Position numbers and translations under genes: made by a program
Shown here: piece after piece, positions 1-9,658 of the stretch
Layout: the number at the start of each line of letters is the position of its first letter
Numbering within the stretch: position 1 is the stretch's first letter
Source: Vicinamibacterales bacterium
GTDB lineage: Bacteria; Acidobacteriota; Vicinamibacteria; Vicinamibacterales; UBA8438
Length of the DNA stretch: 64,000 bases
Reading direction: 5' to 3'
NCBI GenBank assembly: GCA_963664545.2
Contig: OY761475.2
Span: 1,663,247-1,727,246, forward strand
Notes under the pieces: model-generated
Database searches by the model: none
What the model saw: the letters and a program-made list of their open reading frames with translations, nothing else
Told to the model about the DNA's origin: nothing

Positions 1-35
1 TCGGTGGCGGCAACGGGCCGCCAGAGGCTTGAGCC

Positions 36-2756
36 ATGCCTGCGAGACTCGTTTTTCTGCTGGTTCTCCTGTCGGCGTTCATGGTCGTGCCGTCTGCGCT
101 GGACCTGCTCACGGAGTGGCTCTGGTTCAACGAGGTCGAGTACACCGGCATCTTCATGCGCACCCTCGGCGCCCGGGTGACCCTGGGCGCGGTGGCGTTC
201 CTGCTGGCGTTCGCCGGGCTGGCCCTGAACTTCCGCCTCGCCCTACGGCGGTTCACCGAGCCCTACACGCTGTTCCCCGGGAACGGCGACATCCAGGCGG
301 TGGTGCTGACCCCGCAGCAGTTGCAGCGGCTGGGCATGGCGGTCGCGGCCCTGATGGCGCTGTTCCTCGGCGCCTTCGCCTCGAACGAGTGGCTCACGTG
401 GCTGCAGTTCCAGAACGCGGTGCCGTTCGGGCAGCCGGATCCGCTGTTCGGCCGCGATACCAGCTTCTACGTGTTCGCCCTCCCGTTCATCGACCTCGTC
501 CGCTATCTCACCTTCACCGTGGTGATCCTCTCGCTCCTCGGGTCGGCCGCCCTCTACGTCATCTCGAACCAGTTGGGCATCGACCCCGCGCGCGGGCCGA
601 TCGTCGGCGACGGCGCGCGGCGCCATCTGGGGCTGCTCATCGCGGGCGTCTTCCTCCTGCTCGCGTGGGGCGCGTACCTCGACGTCCCGCGGGTCCTCAC
701 GACCCCGGCGGGGACCGTCTACGGCGCGTCGTACGTCGACGTGATGCTGCGCGTGCCCGTCTTCCGGGCGCTGGTGCTCGTCGCGCTCGTCGGCGCCGCC
801 CTCAGCGTCATCTCGGCCCTGACCCCGCGGAACCGGCCCCTGATGGCCGCCGTCGGCCTCTACGCGTTGATCTCGGTGGGCGGGAACCTCGGGGCCGTCG
901 CCCTCCAGCGCCTCGTCGTGACCCCGGACGAGCAGCAGCGGGAGGCCCCCTACCTGACCCACAACATCGCGGCCACGCGGCAGGCGTTCGGGCTCGACGA
1001 CGTCGAGGAGCGGGAGGTGTCGGGCGACGCCACCCTTTCCCTCACCGACATCGAGAACAACCGGGACACCATCGACAACGTGCGGCTCTGGGACCACGAG
1101 CCCCTGCTCGACACGTTCGGGCAGCTCCAGGAGATCCGCACCTACTACGACTTCGCCTCGGTCGACAACGACCGCTACTTCATCGACGGCGAGTACCGGC
1201 AGATCATGCTGTCGAGCCGCGAGCTCAACTCTGACAGCCTGCCCAACCGGTCGTGGGTCAACGAGCGGCTGCAGTACACCCACGGGTTCGGGGTGGCGAT
1301 GGGCCCGGTGAACCAGGTCACGGCGGAAGGGCTGCCGGTCCTGTTCATCGGCGACCTGCCGCCCACGTCGTCGGTGGACCTCGAGGTCGAGCAGCCGAGC
1401 ATCTACTTCGGCGAGCTGTCGAACGACTACGTCATCGTGAACACCGGCACCGACGAGTTCCACTACCCCGAGGGGGACGACAACGTGTCGACCCGCTACG
1501 ACGGGGCGGGCGGGGTGGCGATGCCGTCGCTGCTGCGCCGGCTGCTCTTCGCGGCGCGGTTCGGCGCCTACGAGATCCTCGTGAGCAGCCAGTTGACCAG
1601 CGAGAGCCGCATCATCTATCACCGCAACATCATCGACCGGGTCACGACCATCGCGCCGTTCCTCCGCTACGACACCGACCCCTATCTCGTGATCTCCGAG
1701 GGCCGCCTGGTCTGGATGGTCGACGCCTATACCGTCAGCGGCCGGTATCCCTACGCCACGCCGGCCTCGAACCGCGTCAACTACATCCGCAACGCCGTCA
1801 AGATCGTCATCGACGCCTACGACGGCACGACGACGTTCTACCTGGCCGAGCCCGACGAGCCGATCGCCCGCACGCTGCAGGCCATCTTCCCCGGCTTCCT
1901 CCGGCCCCTCGACGCGATGCCCGAGGATCTGCGGCGGCACATCCGGTATCCCGAGGGGCTGTTCACCCTGCAGACGGCCATCTACTCGACGTTCCACATG
2001 ACCAATCCCGCCGTGTTCTACAACCGGGAGGACCAGTGGGAGGTGCCGGTCATCGACGGCGAGCAGATGCAGCCCTACTACACGATGATGCGCCTGCCGG
2101 GCGAGCCGCGCGCCGAGTTCATCCAGATGCTGCCGTTCACGCCGCGGGGCAAGAACAACATGGCCGCGTGGATGGTCGCGCGCAGCGACGGCGACCAGTA
2201 CGGCAAGATCCTCGTGTTCCAGTTCCCGAAGCAGAAGGTGGTCTTCGGGCCGAGCCAGATCGTGGCGCGGGTCAACCAGGATCCGGACATCTCGCCGCAG
2301 CTCACCCTGTGGGACCAGCAGGGGTCCGAGGTCATCCAGGGCACGCTGCTCGTCATCCCCATCGAAGAGGCGCTGCTGTACATCCGCCCCCTGTACCTGC
2401 GCGCGTCGGGCGGGCGCATCCCCGAGCTGAAGCAGGTCATCGTGGCGTACCAGAACGAGATCGCGATGGAGGAGACGCTCGACGGCGCCCTGAGCCGCCT
2501 CTTCGGCCGGGGCGCCGGGGCGCCGCCGCCGAGAAGGCCGCCGACCGGCTCGCTGATCGCGGACGCCGGGTTCGCGCCGCCGGGGCCGGAAGCCTCGGCC
2601 GCGCCGGCCGGGGAGGGGCTGGTGTCGCAGGCCGGCGACCACTACCGCCGCGCCCTCCGCGCGCAGCGCGACGGCGACTGGGCGCAGTACGGCCAGGAGA
2701 TCGAGCAGTTGGGCGAGGTGCTCGAGCAGTTGGGCTCGGGGCCGGTCCTGGAGTGA
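36..2756 (+). CDS. UPF0182 family multi-pass membrane protein
   Basis: 906-aa ORF. N-terminal TM helices and the 'LLTEWLWFNEVEY' opening are typical of UPF0182/COG1615. Overlapping ORFs on both strands are Arg/Pro/Gly-rich shadows. Confidence 0.85.
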   Translation: MPARLVFLLVLLSAFMVVPSALDLLTEWLWFNEVEYTGIFMRTLGARVTLGAVAFLLAFAGLALNFRLALRRFTEPYTLFPGNGDIQAVVLTPQQLQRLGMAVAALMALFLGAFASNEWLTWLQFQNAVPFGQPDPLFGRDTSFYVFALPFIDLVRYLTFTVVILSLLGSAALYVISNQLGIDPARGPIVGDGARRHLGLLIAGVFLLLAWGAYLDVPRVLTTPAGTVYGASYVDVMLRVPVFRALVLVALVGAALSVISALTPRNRPLMAAVGLYALISVGGNLGAVALQRLVVTPDEQQREAPYLTHNIAATRQAFGLDDVEEREVSGDATLSLTDIENNRDTIDNVRLWDHEPLLDTFGQLQEIRTYYDFASVDNDRYFIDGEYRQIMLSSRELNSDSLPNRSWVNERLQYTHGFGVAMGPVNQVTAEGLPVLFIGDLPPTSSVDLEVEQPSIYFGELSNDYVIVNTGTDEFHYPEGDDNVSTRYDGAGGVAMPSLLRRLLFAARFGAYEILVSSQLTSESRIIYHRNIIDRVTTIAPFLRYDTDPYLVISEGRLVWMVDAYTVSGRYPYATPASNRVNYIRNAVKIVIDAYDGTTTFYLAEPDEPIARTLQAIFPGFLRPLDAMPEDLRRHIRYPEGLFTLQTAIYSTFHMTNPAVFYNREDQWEVPVIDGEQMQPYYTMMRLPGEPRAEFIQMLPFTPRGKNNMAAWMVARSDGDQYGKILVFQFPKQKVVFGPSQIVARVNQDPDISPQLTLWDQQGSEVIQGTLLVIPIEEALLYIRPLYLRASGGRIPELKQVIVAYQNEIAMEETLDGALSRLFGRGAGAPPPRRPPTGSLIADAGFAPPGPEASAAPAGEGLVSQAGDHYRRALRAQRDGDWAQYGQEIEQLGEVLEQLGSGPVLE

Positions 2757-2836
2757 CGGCGCGTCCCGGCGGCGCGACGGCCGGAGCCATCGGACGGACG
2801 CCCGCGGGAGGACGAAGAAGCCCGGAGGAGAAGGCA

Positions 2837-4141
2837 ATGCACTCGAGGAGTCTCACCGTCCTGTTGGGATTGGGAATCGTCGCCGTCGCCGCCTGCGGCG
2901 AGGCGCAGGTCCAGACGACGCCGGGCCTGCAGGCGTTCGTGGGCGCGCGCATCATCGACGGCACGGGCGCGGACGCGGTCGAGAACGGCGTGCTGGTGGT
3001 GCGCGACGGCCGCATCGAGGCGGTGGGGGCGGCCGACGCGGTCGAGGTTCCGGCCGACGCCGAGCAGATCGACGTCAGCGGCCGGACCATCATGCCCGGC
3101 CTCATCAACGCGCACGGACACGTCAACAACGTGCGCGGCCTCGAGGCGGATCCGTCCTTCTACACCGAGGAGCACGTCGAGGCGCAGCTCGGGCTCTACG
3201 CGCGCTACGGCGTGACCACCGTGTTCAGCCTCGGCGGCGACGGCCCCGCGGGCGTGGCGGTGCGCGACCGGCAGCGCACGGACCCCGACATCGACGAGGC
3301 GCGCTTCTTCCTCTCGGGGAACATCCCCACCGGCCCCTCGCCGGAGGAGGCCATCGACCAGGCCAACGCGGCCATCGCGCTCGGGTCCGACATGGTGAAG
3401 ATCCGCGTCGACGACAACCTCGGGGCGAGCACCAAGATGACCCCGGAGACCTATCAGGCGGTCATCGACACCGCGCACGAGAACGGCCTGCGGCTGGCCG
3501 CCCACATGTACTACCTCGACGACGCCAAGGGGCTGCTGGCCGCGGGCGCGGACCTGCTGGCGCACAGCGTGCGCGACGTCCCGGTCGACGACGAGCTCAT
3601 CGCCCAGCTCCGGGAGACCGGGGTCTGCTACTGCCCGACCCTGATGCGCGAGGTCTCGACCTACGTCTACGAGTCGCGGCCCGACTGGTTCGACGACCCG
3701 TTCTTCCTCAAGGAGGCGGACCCCGACGTCGTCGCCGCCCTCGAGGACCCGGCCTACCAGGAGCGCCTGCAGAACAGCCGCAGCGCGCAGACCTACAAGG
3801 CGCAGCTCGAGGTGGCCAAGGCCAACGTGAAGGCGCTGTCGGACGCCGGCATCCCCATCGCGATGGGTACCGACACCGGCCCCGCGGCGCGGTTCCAGGG
3901 GTACTTCGAGCACGGCGAGCTCGCGATCATGGTCGAGGCGGGGCTGACGCCCATGCAGGCGATCGTCGCGTCCACCTCGGACGCCGCGCGCTGCATGCAG
4001 GTCGACGGCGACCTCGGCTCGCTAGAGGCCGGCAAGTGGGCCGACTTCCTCGTGCTCGGGGCGAACCCGCTCGAGGACATCGGCAATACGCACAGCCTCG
4101 AGTCGGTGTACATCGCGGGCAACGCGGTGCCGGGGGTGTAG
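2837..4141 (+). CDS. secreted or lipoprotein amidohydrolase (metal-dependent hydrolase superfamily)
   Basis: ATG 2837 follows GGAGGAGAAGG. Signal peptide ends 'VAACG'. 'PGLINAHGHV' HxH metal motif. The upstream part of the 1253.. ORF is non-protein-like. Confidence 0.85.
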   Translation: MHSRSLTVLLGLGIVAVAACGEAQVQTTPGLQAFVGARIIDGTGADAVENGVLVVRDGRIEAVGAADAVEVPADAEQIDVSGRTIMPGLINAHGHVNNVRGLEADPSFYTEEHVEAQLGLYARYGVTTVFSLGGDGPAGVAVRDRQRTDPDIDEARFFLSGNIPTGPSPEEAIDQANAAIALGSDMVKIRVDDNLGASTKMTPETYQAVIDTAHENGLRLAAHMYYLDDAKGLLAAGADLLAHSVRDVPVDDELIAQLRETGVCYCPTLMREVSTYVYESRPDWFDDPFFLKEADPDVVAALEDPAYQERLQNSRSAQTYKAQLEVAKANVKALSDAGIPIAMGTDTGPAARFQGYFEHGELAIMVEAGLTPMQAIVASTSDAARCMQVDGDLGSLEAGKWADFLVLGANPLEDIGNTHSLESVYIAGNAVPGV

Positions 4142-4188
4142 GGGCCACCGAATTCCGCCCGCGCCCGCCCGCAGGGAAGGAGATACGC

Positions 4189-4923
4189 ATGCACCGCCAT
4201 CTGTCAGTCGCCGTGTGCGCCCTGTTGGCCGTGGGTGTACTGTCGACCGGGGCCGCCCCCGCGTCGGCGCAGCCGTCGGAACGGCTCGAACGCGTGCGCG
4301 ACGAGCTGCGCCGCGAGCGCGGCCTCCGGCGGCTGGAGGTCGCGGTCAACGGGAGCGAGGTCACGCTGACGGGACGGCTCGACACGTTCTGGCTGAAGAG
4401 CGAGGCGATAAGGCGCGCACTCGAGGTCGACGGGGTCGAGACGGTGGTCAGCGAGATCACGCTGCCGGAGGGGAGCGACCGGAGCATCATCGACGACGTC
4501 TCGCGGGCGGTCGTGAACTACCCCTGGTACACCGTCTTCGACTACCTAGACGGACGGGTCGAGAACGGGGTCGTGACCCTGATCGGCCGGGTGACGAGCG
4601 AGCGCGACAAGCGGGACGAGATCTTCGAGCGGGTGGCGAAGATACGCGGCGTCCAGGACGTGCAGAACCAGATCGTGCAGATGAGCCCGTCGTCGGCGGA
4701 CAACCGCCTCCGGAACGCCCTCGCGACGCAGATATTCAACAACATCCACTTCCAGCGGTTCGCGTCGTACAAGAACCCCCCGTTCCGCATCCTCGTCGAC
4801 CGCAGCGTCGTCACCCTCATCGGGTATGTCCCGGGCGAAATCGAGCGCCGCGAGATGGAGAACATCGCCCGGCAGACCTTCGGCGTGCTGCGCGTCCACA
4901 ACCAGCTTCAGACGATGCAGTGA
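4189..4923 (+). CDS. periplasmic BON-domain protein (OsmY-like)
   Basis: ATG 4189 follows GGGAAGGAGA. Signal peptide ends 'APASAQ'. Three BON-like blocks, e.g. 'VTLTGRLDTFWLKSEAIRRALEVDGVETV' and 'VVTLIGRVTSERDKRDEIFERVAKIRGVQDV'. Confidence 0.75.
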   Translation: MHRHLSVAVCALLAVGVLSTGAAPASAQPSERLERVRDELRRERGLRRLEVAVNGSEVTLTGRLDTFWLKSEAIRRALEVDGVETVVSEITLPEGSDRSIIDDVSRAVVNYPWYTVFDYLDGRVENGVVTLIGRVTSERDKRDEIFERVAKIRGVQDVQNQIVQMSPSSADNRLRNALATQIFNNIHFQRFASYKNPPFRILVDRSVVTLIGYVPGEIERREMENIARQTFGVLRVHNQLQTMQ

Positions 4924-7214
4924 GGCGGCTGCGCTCGGCCCGTCGTGTGCTCGGCCCGCTTGCCGCGGCCGTCGCGCTGGCCGCCGCGTGCACGCCGCAG
5001 GACGGCGGCCCCCGGCAAGTGCGCGGGACCGACGCCTCCGGCGTCGCCTATGTGGCCGACGCCGCCTGCGCCGCCTGCCACCGGGTCGAGTTCGACGCCT
5101 GGACCGGCTCGCACCACGACCTCGCCATGCAGGTCGCGACGCCCGAGACGGTCCTCGGCGACTTCGGCGACGCCGCCTTCACCCACCGCGGCGTCACCTC
5201 CCGGTTCTTCCGGCGCGGCGACCGGTTCTTCGTGAACACCGAGGGCCCCGACGGCGCGGCGGCCGACTTCGAGCTGACCCACACCCTGGGAGTCGAGCCG
5301 CTGCAGCAGTACTTGGCCCCGTTCCCCGGCGGGCGCCTGCAGAGCCTGCCCATCGCCTGGGACACCGCGCGGAACCAGTGGTTCCACCTCTATCCCGACG
5401 AACGCATCGAGCCCGACGATGCCCTGCACTGGACCGGCCGCTACCAGACCTGGAACCTGCAATGCGCCGCCTGCCACTCGACGGACCTGCGGAAGGGCTA
5501 CGACGTCGAGGCGGACACCTACGATACGACCTGGGCCGAGATAGACGTCGGCTGCCAGGCGTGCCACGGCCCCGGCGGCCGGCACGTCGCGCTGGCCCGT
5601 GAGGCCGGCGGCGTACGGGGCGCGGCGCCGTCCGGCGGGTGGGGCCTCGTCGCCCCGTTCTCGGCCGGCGACCCCGCGGCGGAGCTGGAGGCCTGCGCCC
5701 CCTGCCACTCGCGCCGCGAGCAATTGACCCCGGTGGCCGCGCACGGCGGCCCCCTGCTCGACGACTACCTGCCCGCGCGGCTGGCCGAGGGCCTGTACCA
5801 CCCCGACGGCCAGATCCTCGACGAGGTCTACGTCTACGGCTCCTTCGTCCAGAGCCGGATGCACGCGGCCGGGGTGCGCTGCTCCGACTGCCACGACCCC
5901 CACCGGCTGACCCTGCGCGCCGACGGCAACGCGGTGTGCACGCGGTGCCACCGCGAGCGGCCGGGCGACCGTTTTCCGACGCTAGCGCCGGGCCGCTACG
6001 ACACGCCCGCGCACCACCACCACGAGCCGGGCTCGGCGGGCGCGCAGTGCGTCAACTGCCACATGCCCGACCGCACCTACATGGTGGTCGACCCCCGCCG
6101 CGACCACGGCTTCCGCGTGCCCCGCCCCGACCTGTCGGCGGCCCTGGGCACCCCCAACGCCTGCACCGGCTGCCACGACGACCGCGACGACGCGTGGGCG
6201 GCCGACGCCGTCGCAAGCTGGTCCGACGCCCCCCCGCCGCCGCATTTCGCCCCCGCCTTCGCGGCCGGGCGCGCTGGCGACCCGGCGGCCGGGCCCGACC
6301 TCGCCGCCATCGCCGCCGACCGCGGCCAACCCGCGATCGTGCGGGCCACCGCCCTCGATCTGCTCCGCCCCCTCGGCCGGGCCGGCGTCGCCGCCGCCCG
6401 CGCCGCCCTCGACGACCCCGACCCGCTGGTGCGCGCGACCGCGGCGGGCGGGCTCGACGCGCTGGGCCCGCCGGCGCGGCGCGCGGCCCTCGATCCGCTG
6501 CTCGCCGACCCGGTCCGGGCGGTGCGCCTGGAGGCGGCGCGGGCCCTCGCCGAAACGTGGGCCGGCGACCCCGCGCCGACACCGGGCGACCCCCTCGCGT
6601 CCGCCGCCGCCGAGTACCTCGACGCCCAGGCCGCCGTCGCCGACATGGCCCCGGCCCGTCTCGGCCTCGGCGCCGTGCGCGAGCGCCAGGGGGCGCGCGA
6701 CCGGGCCGAGGCCGAATACCGCGCCGCCCTCGCCCTCGACCCCCGGTTCACCCCGGCCCGGTTCAACCTCGCCAACCTCCTCAACGCCCAGGGGCGCAAC
6801 CCCGAGGCGGAGACGGTGCTGCGGCGCGGCATCGACCACGACCCCGGCGAGCCCGAGCTGCACTACTCCCTCGGCCTCCTCCTCGCCGAGGAGGACCGCC
6901 TCGACGAGGTGGTCGAGAGCCTCGCCCGCGCCGCCGTCCCCACCGCCCGCGCCCGCGTGCACTACAACTACGGGCTCGCCCTCCAGCAGGCGGGACGCCT
7001 CGACGAAGCCGAGGCGGCGCTGCGCGAGGCCCGGCAGCGCGACGACCGCGACCCCGACGTGGTGCTCGCCCTCGCCCGCCTGCTGATGGACCAGCAGCGC
7101 TGGAGCGAGGCGGAAGAGCCCGCCAGCGCCCTCGTGCGGCTCGTCCCCGGTGCCCCCGGGCCGCAGCGGCTGCTCAACGAGATCCGGATCCGCGAACGCC
7201 GGAGCCGGCGATGA
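4920..7214 (+). CDS. multiheme c-type cytochrome fused to HEAT/TPR-like repeats
   Basis: GTG 4920 overlaps the BON stop (GTGA). Lipobox-like 'LAAACT'. Eight CxxCH motifs: CAACH x2, CQACH, CAPCH, CSDCH, CTRCH, CVNCH, CTGCH. The C-terminal third is TPR-like ('AEAEYRAALALDPRFTPARFNLANLL'). Confidence 0.85.
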   Translation: MRRLRSARRVLGPLAAAVALAAACTPQDGGPRQVRGTDASGVAYVADAACAACHRVEFDAWTGSHHDLAMQVATPETVLGDFGDAAFTHRGVTSRFFRRGDRFFVNTEGPDGAAADFELTHTLGVEPLQQYLAPFPGGRLQSLPIAWDTARNQWFHLYPDERIEPDDALHWTGRYQTWNLQCAACHSTDLRKGYDVEADTYDTTWAEIDVGCQACHGPGGRHVALAREAGGVRGAAPSGGWGLVAPFSAGDPAAELEACAPCHSRREQLTPVAAHGGPLLDDYLPARLAEGLYHPDGQILDEVYVYGSFVQSRMHAAGVRCSDCHDPHRLTLRADGNAVCTRCHRERPGDRFPTLAPGRYDTPAHHHHEPGSAGAQCVNCHMPDRTYMVVDPRRDHGFRVPRPDLSAALGTPNACTGCHDDRDDAWAADAVASWSDAPPPPHFAPAFAAGRAGDPAAGPDLAAIAADRGQPAIVRATALDLLRPLGRAGVAAARAALDDPDPLVRATAAGGLDALGPPARRAALDPLLADPVRAVRLEAARALAETWAGDPAPTPGDPLASAAAEYLDAQAAVADMAPARLGLGAVRERQGARDRAEAEYRAALALDPRFTPARFNLANLLNAQGRNPEAETVLRRGIDHDPGEPELHYSLGLLLAEEDRLDEVVESLARAAVPTARARVHYNYGLALQQAGRLDEAEAALREARQRDDRDPDVVLALARLLMDQQRWSEAEEPASALVRLVPGAPGPQRLLNEIRIRERRSRR

Positions 7215-7286
7215 CCGGCGGGGGAATGTCGGGATTTCTCGATCCGAAGAAGTTGCGATGCACCCGCATCGTTGTATCATTGCACC

Positions 7287-7529
7287 ATGCGAACAACCCT
7301 GACCCTTGATGATGACGTCTACCAAGCGGCGTTGAGCCACGCTCGGGCCACCGGCCAGCGACTCGGGCGCGTCCTGTCGGACATGGCACGGCAGGCCCTG
7401 CAACCCGAGCGGGCGCGCGGCAGCCGGGAGGCCAGCGGACGTTTCGCGACGTTCGACGTACCGCCGAACGCCGATGTGATCCCCGCCTCCCGAGTCCAGA
7501 GGGCCCTCGACGACGATGGAATCGTCTGA
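7287..7529 (+). CDS. vapB: type II antitoxin (VapB-like)
   Basis: Small ORF starting 'MRTTLTLDDDVYQAALSHA'. It overlaps the downstream PIN gene by 14 nt. TTG 7272 is an alternative start. Confidence 0.6.
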   Translation: MRTTLTLDDDVYQAALSHARATGQRLGRVLSDMARQALQPERARGSREASGRFATFDVPPNADVIPASRVQRALDDDGIV

Positions 7530-7959
7530 GAATCGACCGCTGCTGCTCGACGTCAACGCACTCGTGGCTCTCGCGTGGCCCAACCATCAGTTCCACCGCG
7601 CCGTCGTGGATCGGCTGCAGCGCCGCCCCGCCCCCGACTGGGCCACGTGCGTGCTCACCGAGCTCGGTTTCGTGCGGCTCTCGTCGAACCCCGCCGTGGT
7701 GGGCGTGCGCAAGACGCCCGCCCAAGCGCTCGGCGTGCTCGCCAGACTGGTCGCGGATCCCCATCACCGCCATCTGGGATCGCTGCCGCGGCTCACGCAG
7801 GTGGAAGCGCACTTCAAGCATCTGCTCGGGCACCAGCAAGTCACGGACGCCTACCTGTTGTCGGTCGCCGCGACCAACGGCGCCGTGCTCTTGACGACGG
7901 ATCGACGTCTGCAACCGCCGGCGGCGCTACGCGCACCCATCGAAGTCGTCACGCCATGA
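7516..7959 (+). CDS. vapC: PIN-domain ribonuclease toxin VapC
   Basis: 'LLLDVNALVALAWPNHQFH' N-terminal PIN motif and C-terminal 'AVLLTTDRRL'. Overlaps the antitoxin gene. Confidence 0.8.
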   Translation: MESSENRPLLLDVNALVALAWPNHQFHRAVVDRLQRRPAPDWATCVLTELGFVRLSSNPAVVGVRKTPAQALGVLARLVADPHHRHLGSLPRLTQVEAHFKHLLGHQQVTDAYLLSVAATNGAVLLTTDRRLQPPAALRAPIEVVTP

Positions 7960-8210
7960 CCGCCACGACGCGGCCTTCGCGACCGCGCTCCCTTTCAGAG
8001 GCCGAGCGCAGCCGGCAGGTCCGCCATCGAGTCGATCACCATCCCGGGCGACACCGCCGGGTGAGCAAGGTCGGCCTCGCGGAACTTGCCGGTCCTGACC
8101 AGCATCCCGAGCGCACGGGGGCCTGGGCACCGCAACACGCCCGAAACGCCGAGGCTATATCATGTCACCGCCTTGGTGACTCTGTGGTGACTCTGCGGAA
8201 GGACTGCATC

Positions 8211-9224
8211 ATGAGACGACGGACGGCGATCGGACTTGGCGTGATTCTCATCGTGGCGGCGGCGGGGTCCGCGCGGCCGGCGGCGGCGCAGCCGGCCGAG
8301 GCGGGCGGGGCGGGGGCCGTCGAGCGGCTCGACCCGCGCCTCGACGATCTCGTGGCGGCCGATGCGACGGTCGAACAGGTCGCCGACGGGTTCCAGTTCA
8401 TCGAAGGGCCGGTGTGGGTCGGTGACGCGGACGACGGCCACCTGCTCTTCAGCGACATCCCCGCCGACACCGTCTACCGGTGGTCGGAGGCGGACGGGAC
8501 GAGCGTGTTCCTCAACCCGGTGTTCCTGCCCGAGCTCGAGACCGGCGGGCAGGGCGGCTCGAACGGGCTGACCCTCGATCTGGACGGCCGCCTCGTTCTG
8601 TGCGAGCACGGCAACCGCCGCCTCGCGCGGATCGAGGCCGACGGCTCGCGCGTCACGCTGGCCGACCGCTACGAGGGCCGGCGCCTCAATAGCCCCAATG
8701 ACATCGTCTACCACTCGAGCGGCGCCGCCTTCTTCACCGACCCGCCGTACGGCCTCGCCTCGCCCGAGGCGGCCGAGCTCGACTGGAACGGCGTCTACCG
8801 CCTCGACCCCGACGGCTCGGTCCACCTCCTGGCCGACGGCCAGACCCGGCCCAACGGCATCGGGCTCTCGCCCGACGAGCGCACCCTCTACGTCGCCAAC
8901 TCGGACGGCGCGGCCCGGCAGTGGGTGGCCTATCCCGTCGACGACGACCTCGGGGTCGGCGCCGGCCGCGTGCTGCTCGACCTGACGGATAGCGCCGACC
9001 GCGGCGTGCCCGACGGCTTCGCGGTCGACTCGTCGGGGAACCTGTGGGCGAGCGGCCCCGGCGGCATCGTGGTCATCAGTCCAGAGGGCGATCATCTCGG
9101 CACCGTGCGGCTGGCCGAGCAGCCCGCGAACGCGGCGTTCGGCAACGACGGCACGACCCTCTACATGACCGCGCAGACCGGCCTCTACCGGGTCCGCACC
9201 CGCGTGGAGGGCCTGATGCCCTGA
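8211..9224 (+). CDS. SMP-30/gluconolactonase/LRE family protein (secreted)
   Basis: ATG 8211. Signal peptide ends 'ARPAAAQ'. 'FIEGPVWV...LLFSDIPADTVYRW', 'NSPNDIV' and 'PNGIGLSPDERTLYVA' are beta-propeller signatures. Confidence 0.85.
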   Translation: MRRRTAIGLGVILIVAAAGSARPAAAQPAEAGGAGAVERLDPRLDDLVAADATVEQVADGFQFIEGPVWVGDADDGHLLFSDIPADTVYRWSEADGTSVFLNPVFLPELETGGQGGSNGLTLDLDGRLVLCEHGNRRLARIEADGSRVTLADRYEGRRLNSPNDIVYHSSGAAFFTDPPYGLASPEAAELDWNGVYRLDPDGSVHLLADGQTRPNGIGLSPDERTLYVANSDGAARQWVAYPVDDDLGVGAGRVLLDLTDSADRGVPDGFAVDSSGNLWASGPGGIVVISPEGDHLGTVRLAEQPANAAFGNDGTTLYMTAQTGLYRVRTRVEGLMP

Positions 9225-9377
9225 CGCCGACAAGCCCATGCGAACCAGCTCGACGACAACTGGTTGGGCCGCCGACCGGGTGCTGCTTGTGCGTGTTGAC
9301 CGTACTCGGCCGCTGCCGGGTACGGTCAACCAGCCGCCGTTGCGCGAACCGGGGCGGTGCGCTACGATCGGCGCATC

Positions 9378-9614
9378 ATGAAGATCTCGATCAGCTACTG
9401 CAAGGTTTGAAACTACCTGCCCAAGGCCACCAGTCTGGCGGCCGCGATCAAGGATGCAACCGGCGTCGAAGCCGATGTGGTGGTCGGCGGGCGCGGACAG
9501 TTCGACGTCGTCGCCGACGGCGAACTGATCTTCTCGAAGCAAAAGGAGCAGCGGTTCCCCGAGCCCGACGAGGTCATCGGAGCCCTGCGTTCGCTCGCGG
9601 TCCCCACCGCGTAG
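9378..9614 (+). CDS. SelW/SelT/SelH (Rdx-fold) family selenoprotein with in-frame TGA at 9408-9410
   Basis: ATG 9378 to TAG 9612-9614 reads MKISISYCKV-U-NYLPKATSLAAAIKDATGVEADVVVGGRGQFDVVADGELIFSKQKEQRFPEPDEV... It has a CxxU redox motif and the 'G.F.V..DGELIFSK...RFPE' family block. It is absent from the ORF track because of the TGA. Confidence 0.75.
9425..9443 (+). promoter_or_regulatory. candidate bacterial SECIS hairpin
   Basis: GGCCACC-AGUCU-GGCGGCC: a 7-bp stem with one A.C mismatch and a GU-containing loop. It begins 14 nt 3' of UGA 9408-9410. Confidence 0.35.
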
Positions 9615-9658
9615 CTCTCCGCGAGCGCCCACGCCGTCGGCGCTTGGGGTCGAAGTGC

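Noticed and set aside
243-2837. 864-aa minus-strand ORF antisense to the UPF0182 gene. Similar long shadow ORFs include 29-1234 +, 1253-2836 +, 5639-7309 +, 5982-7583 -, 22797-24776 -, 36886-38985 - and 45503-47356 -.
   Set aside because: Their translations are dominated by Arg/Gly/Pro/Ala runs with no recognisable motifs. Each overlaps a gene with clear family signatures in another frame. This is the typical stop-codon-poor shadow ORF of roughly 70% GC DNA.
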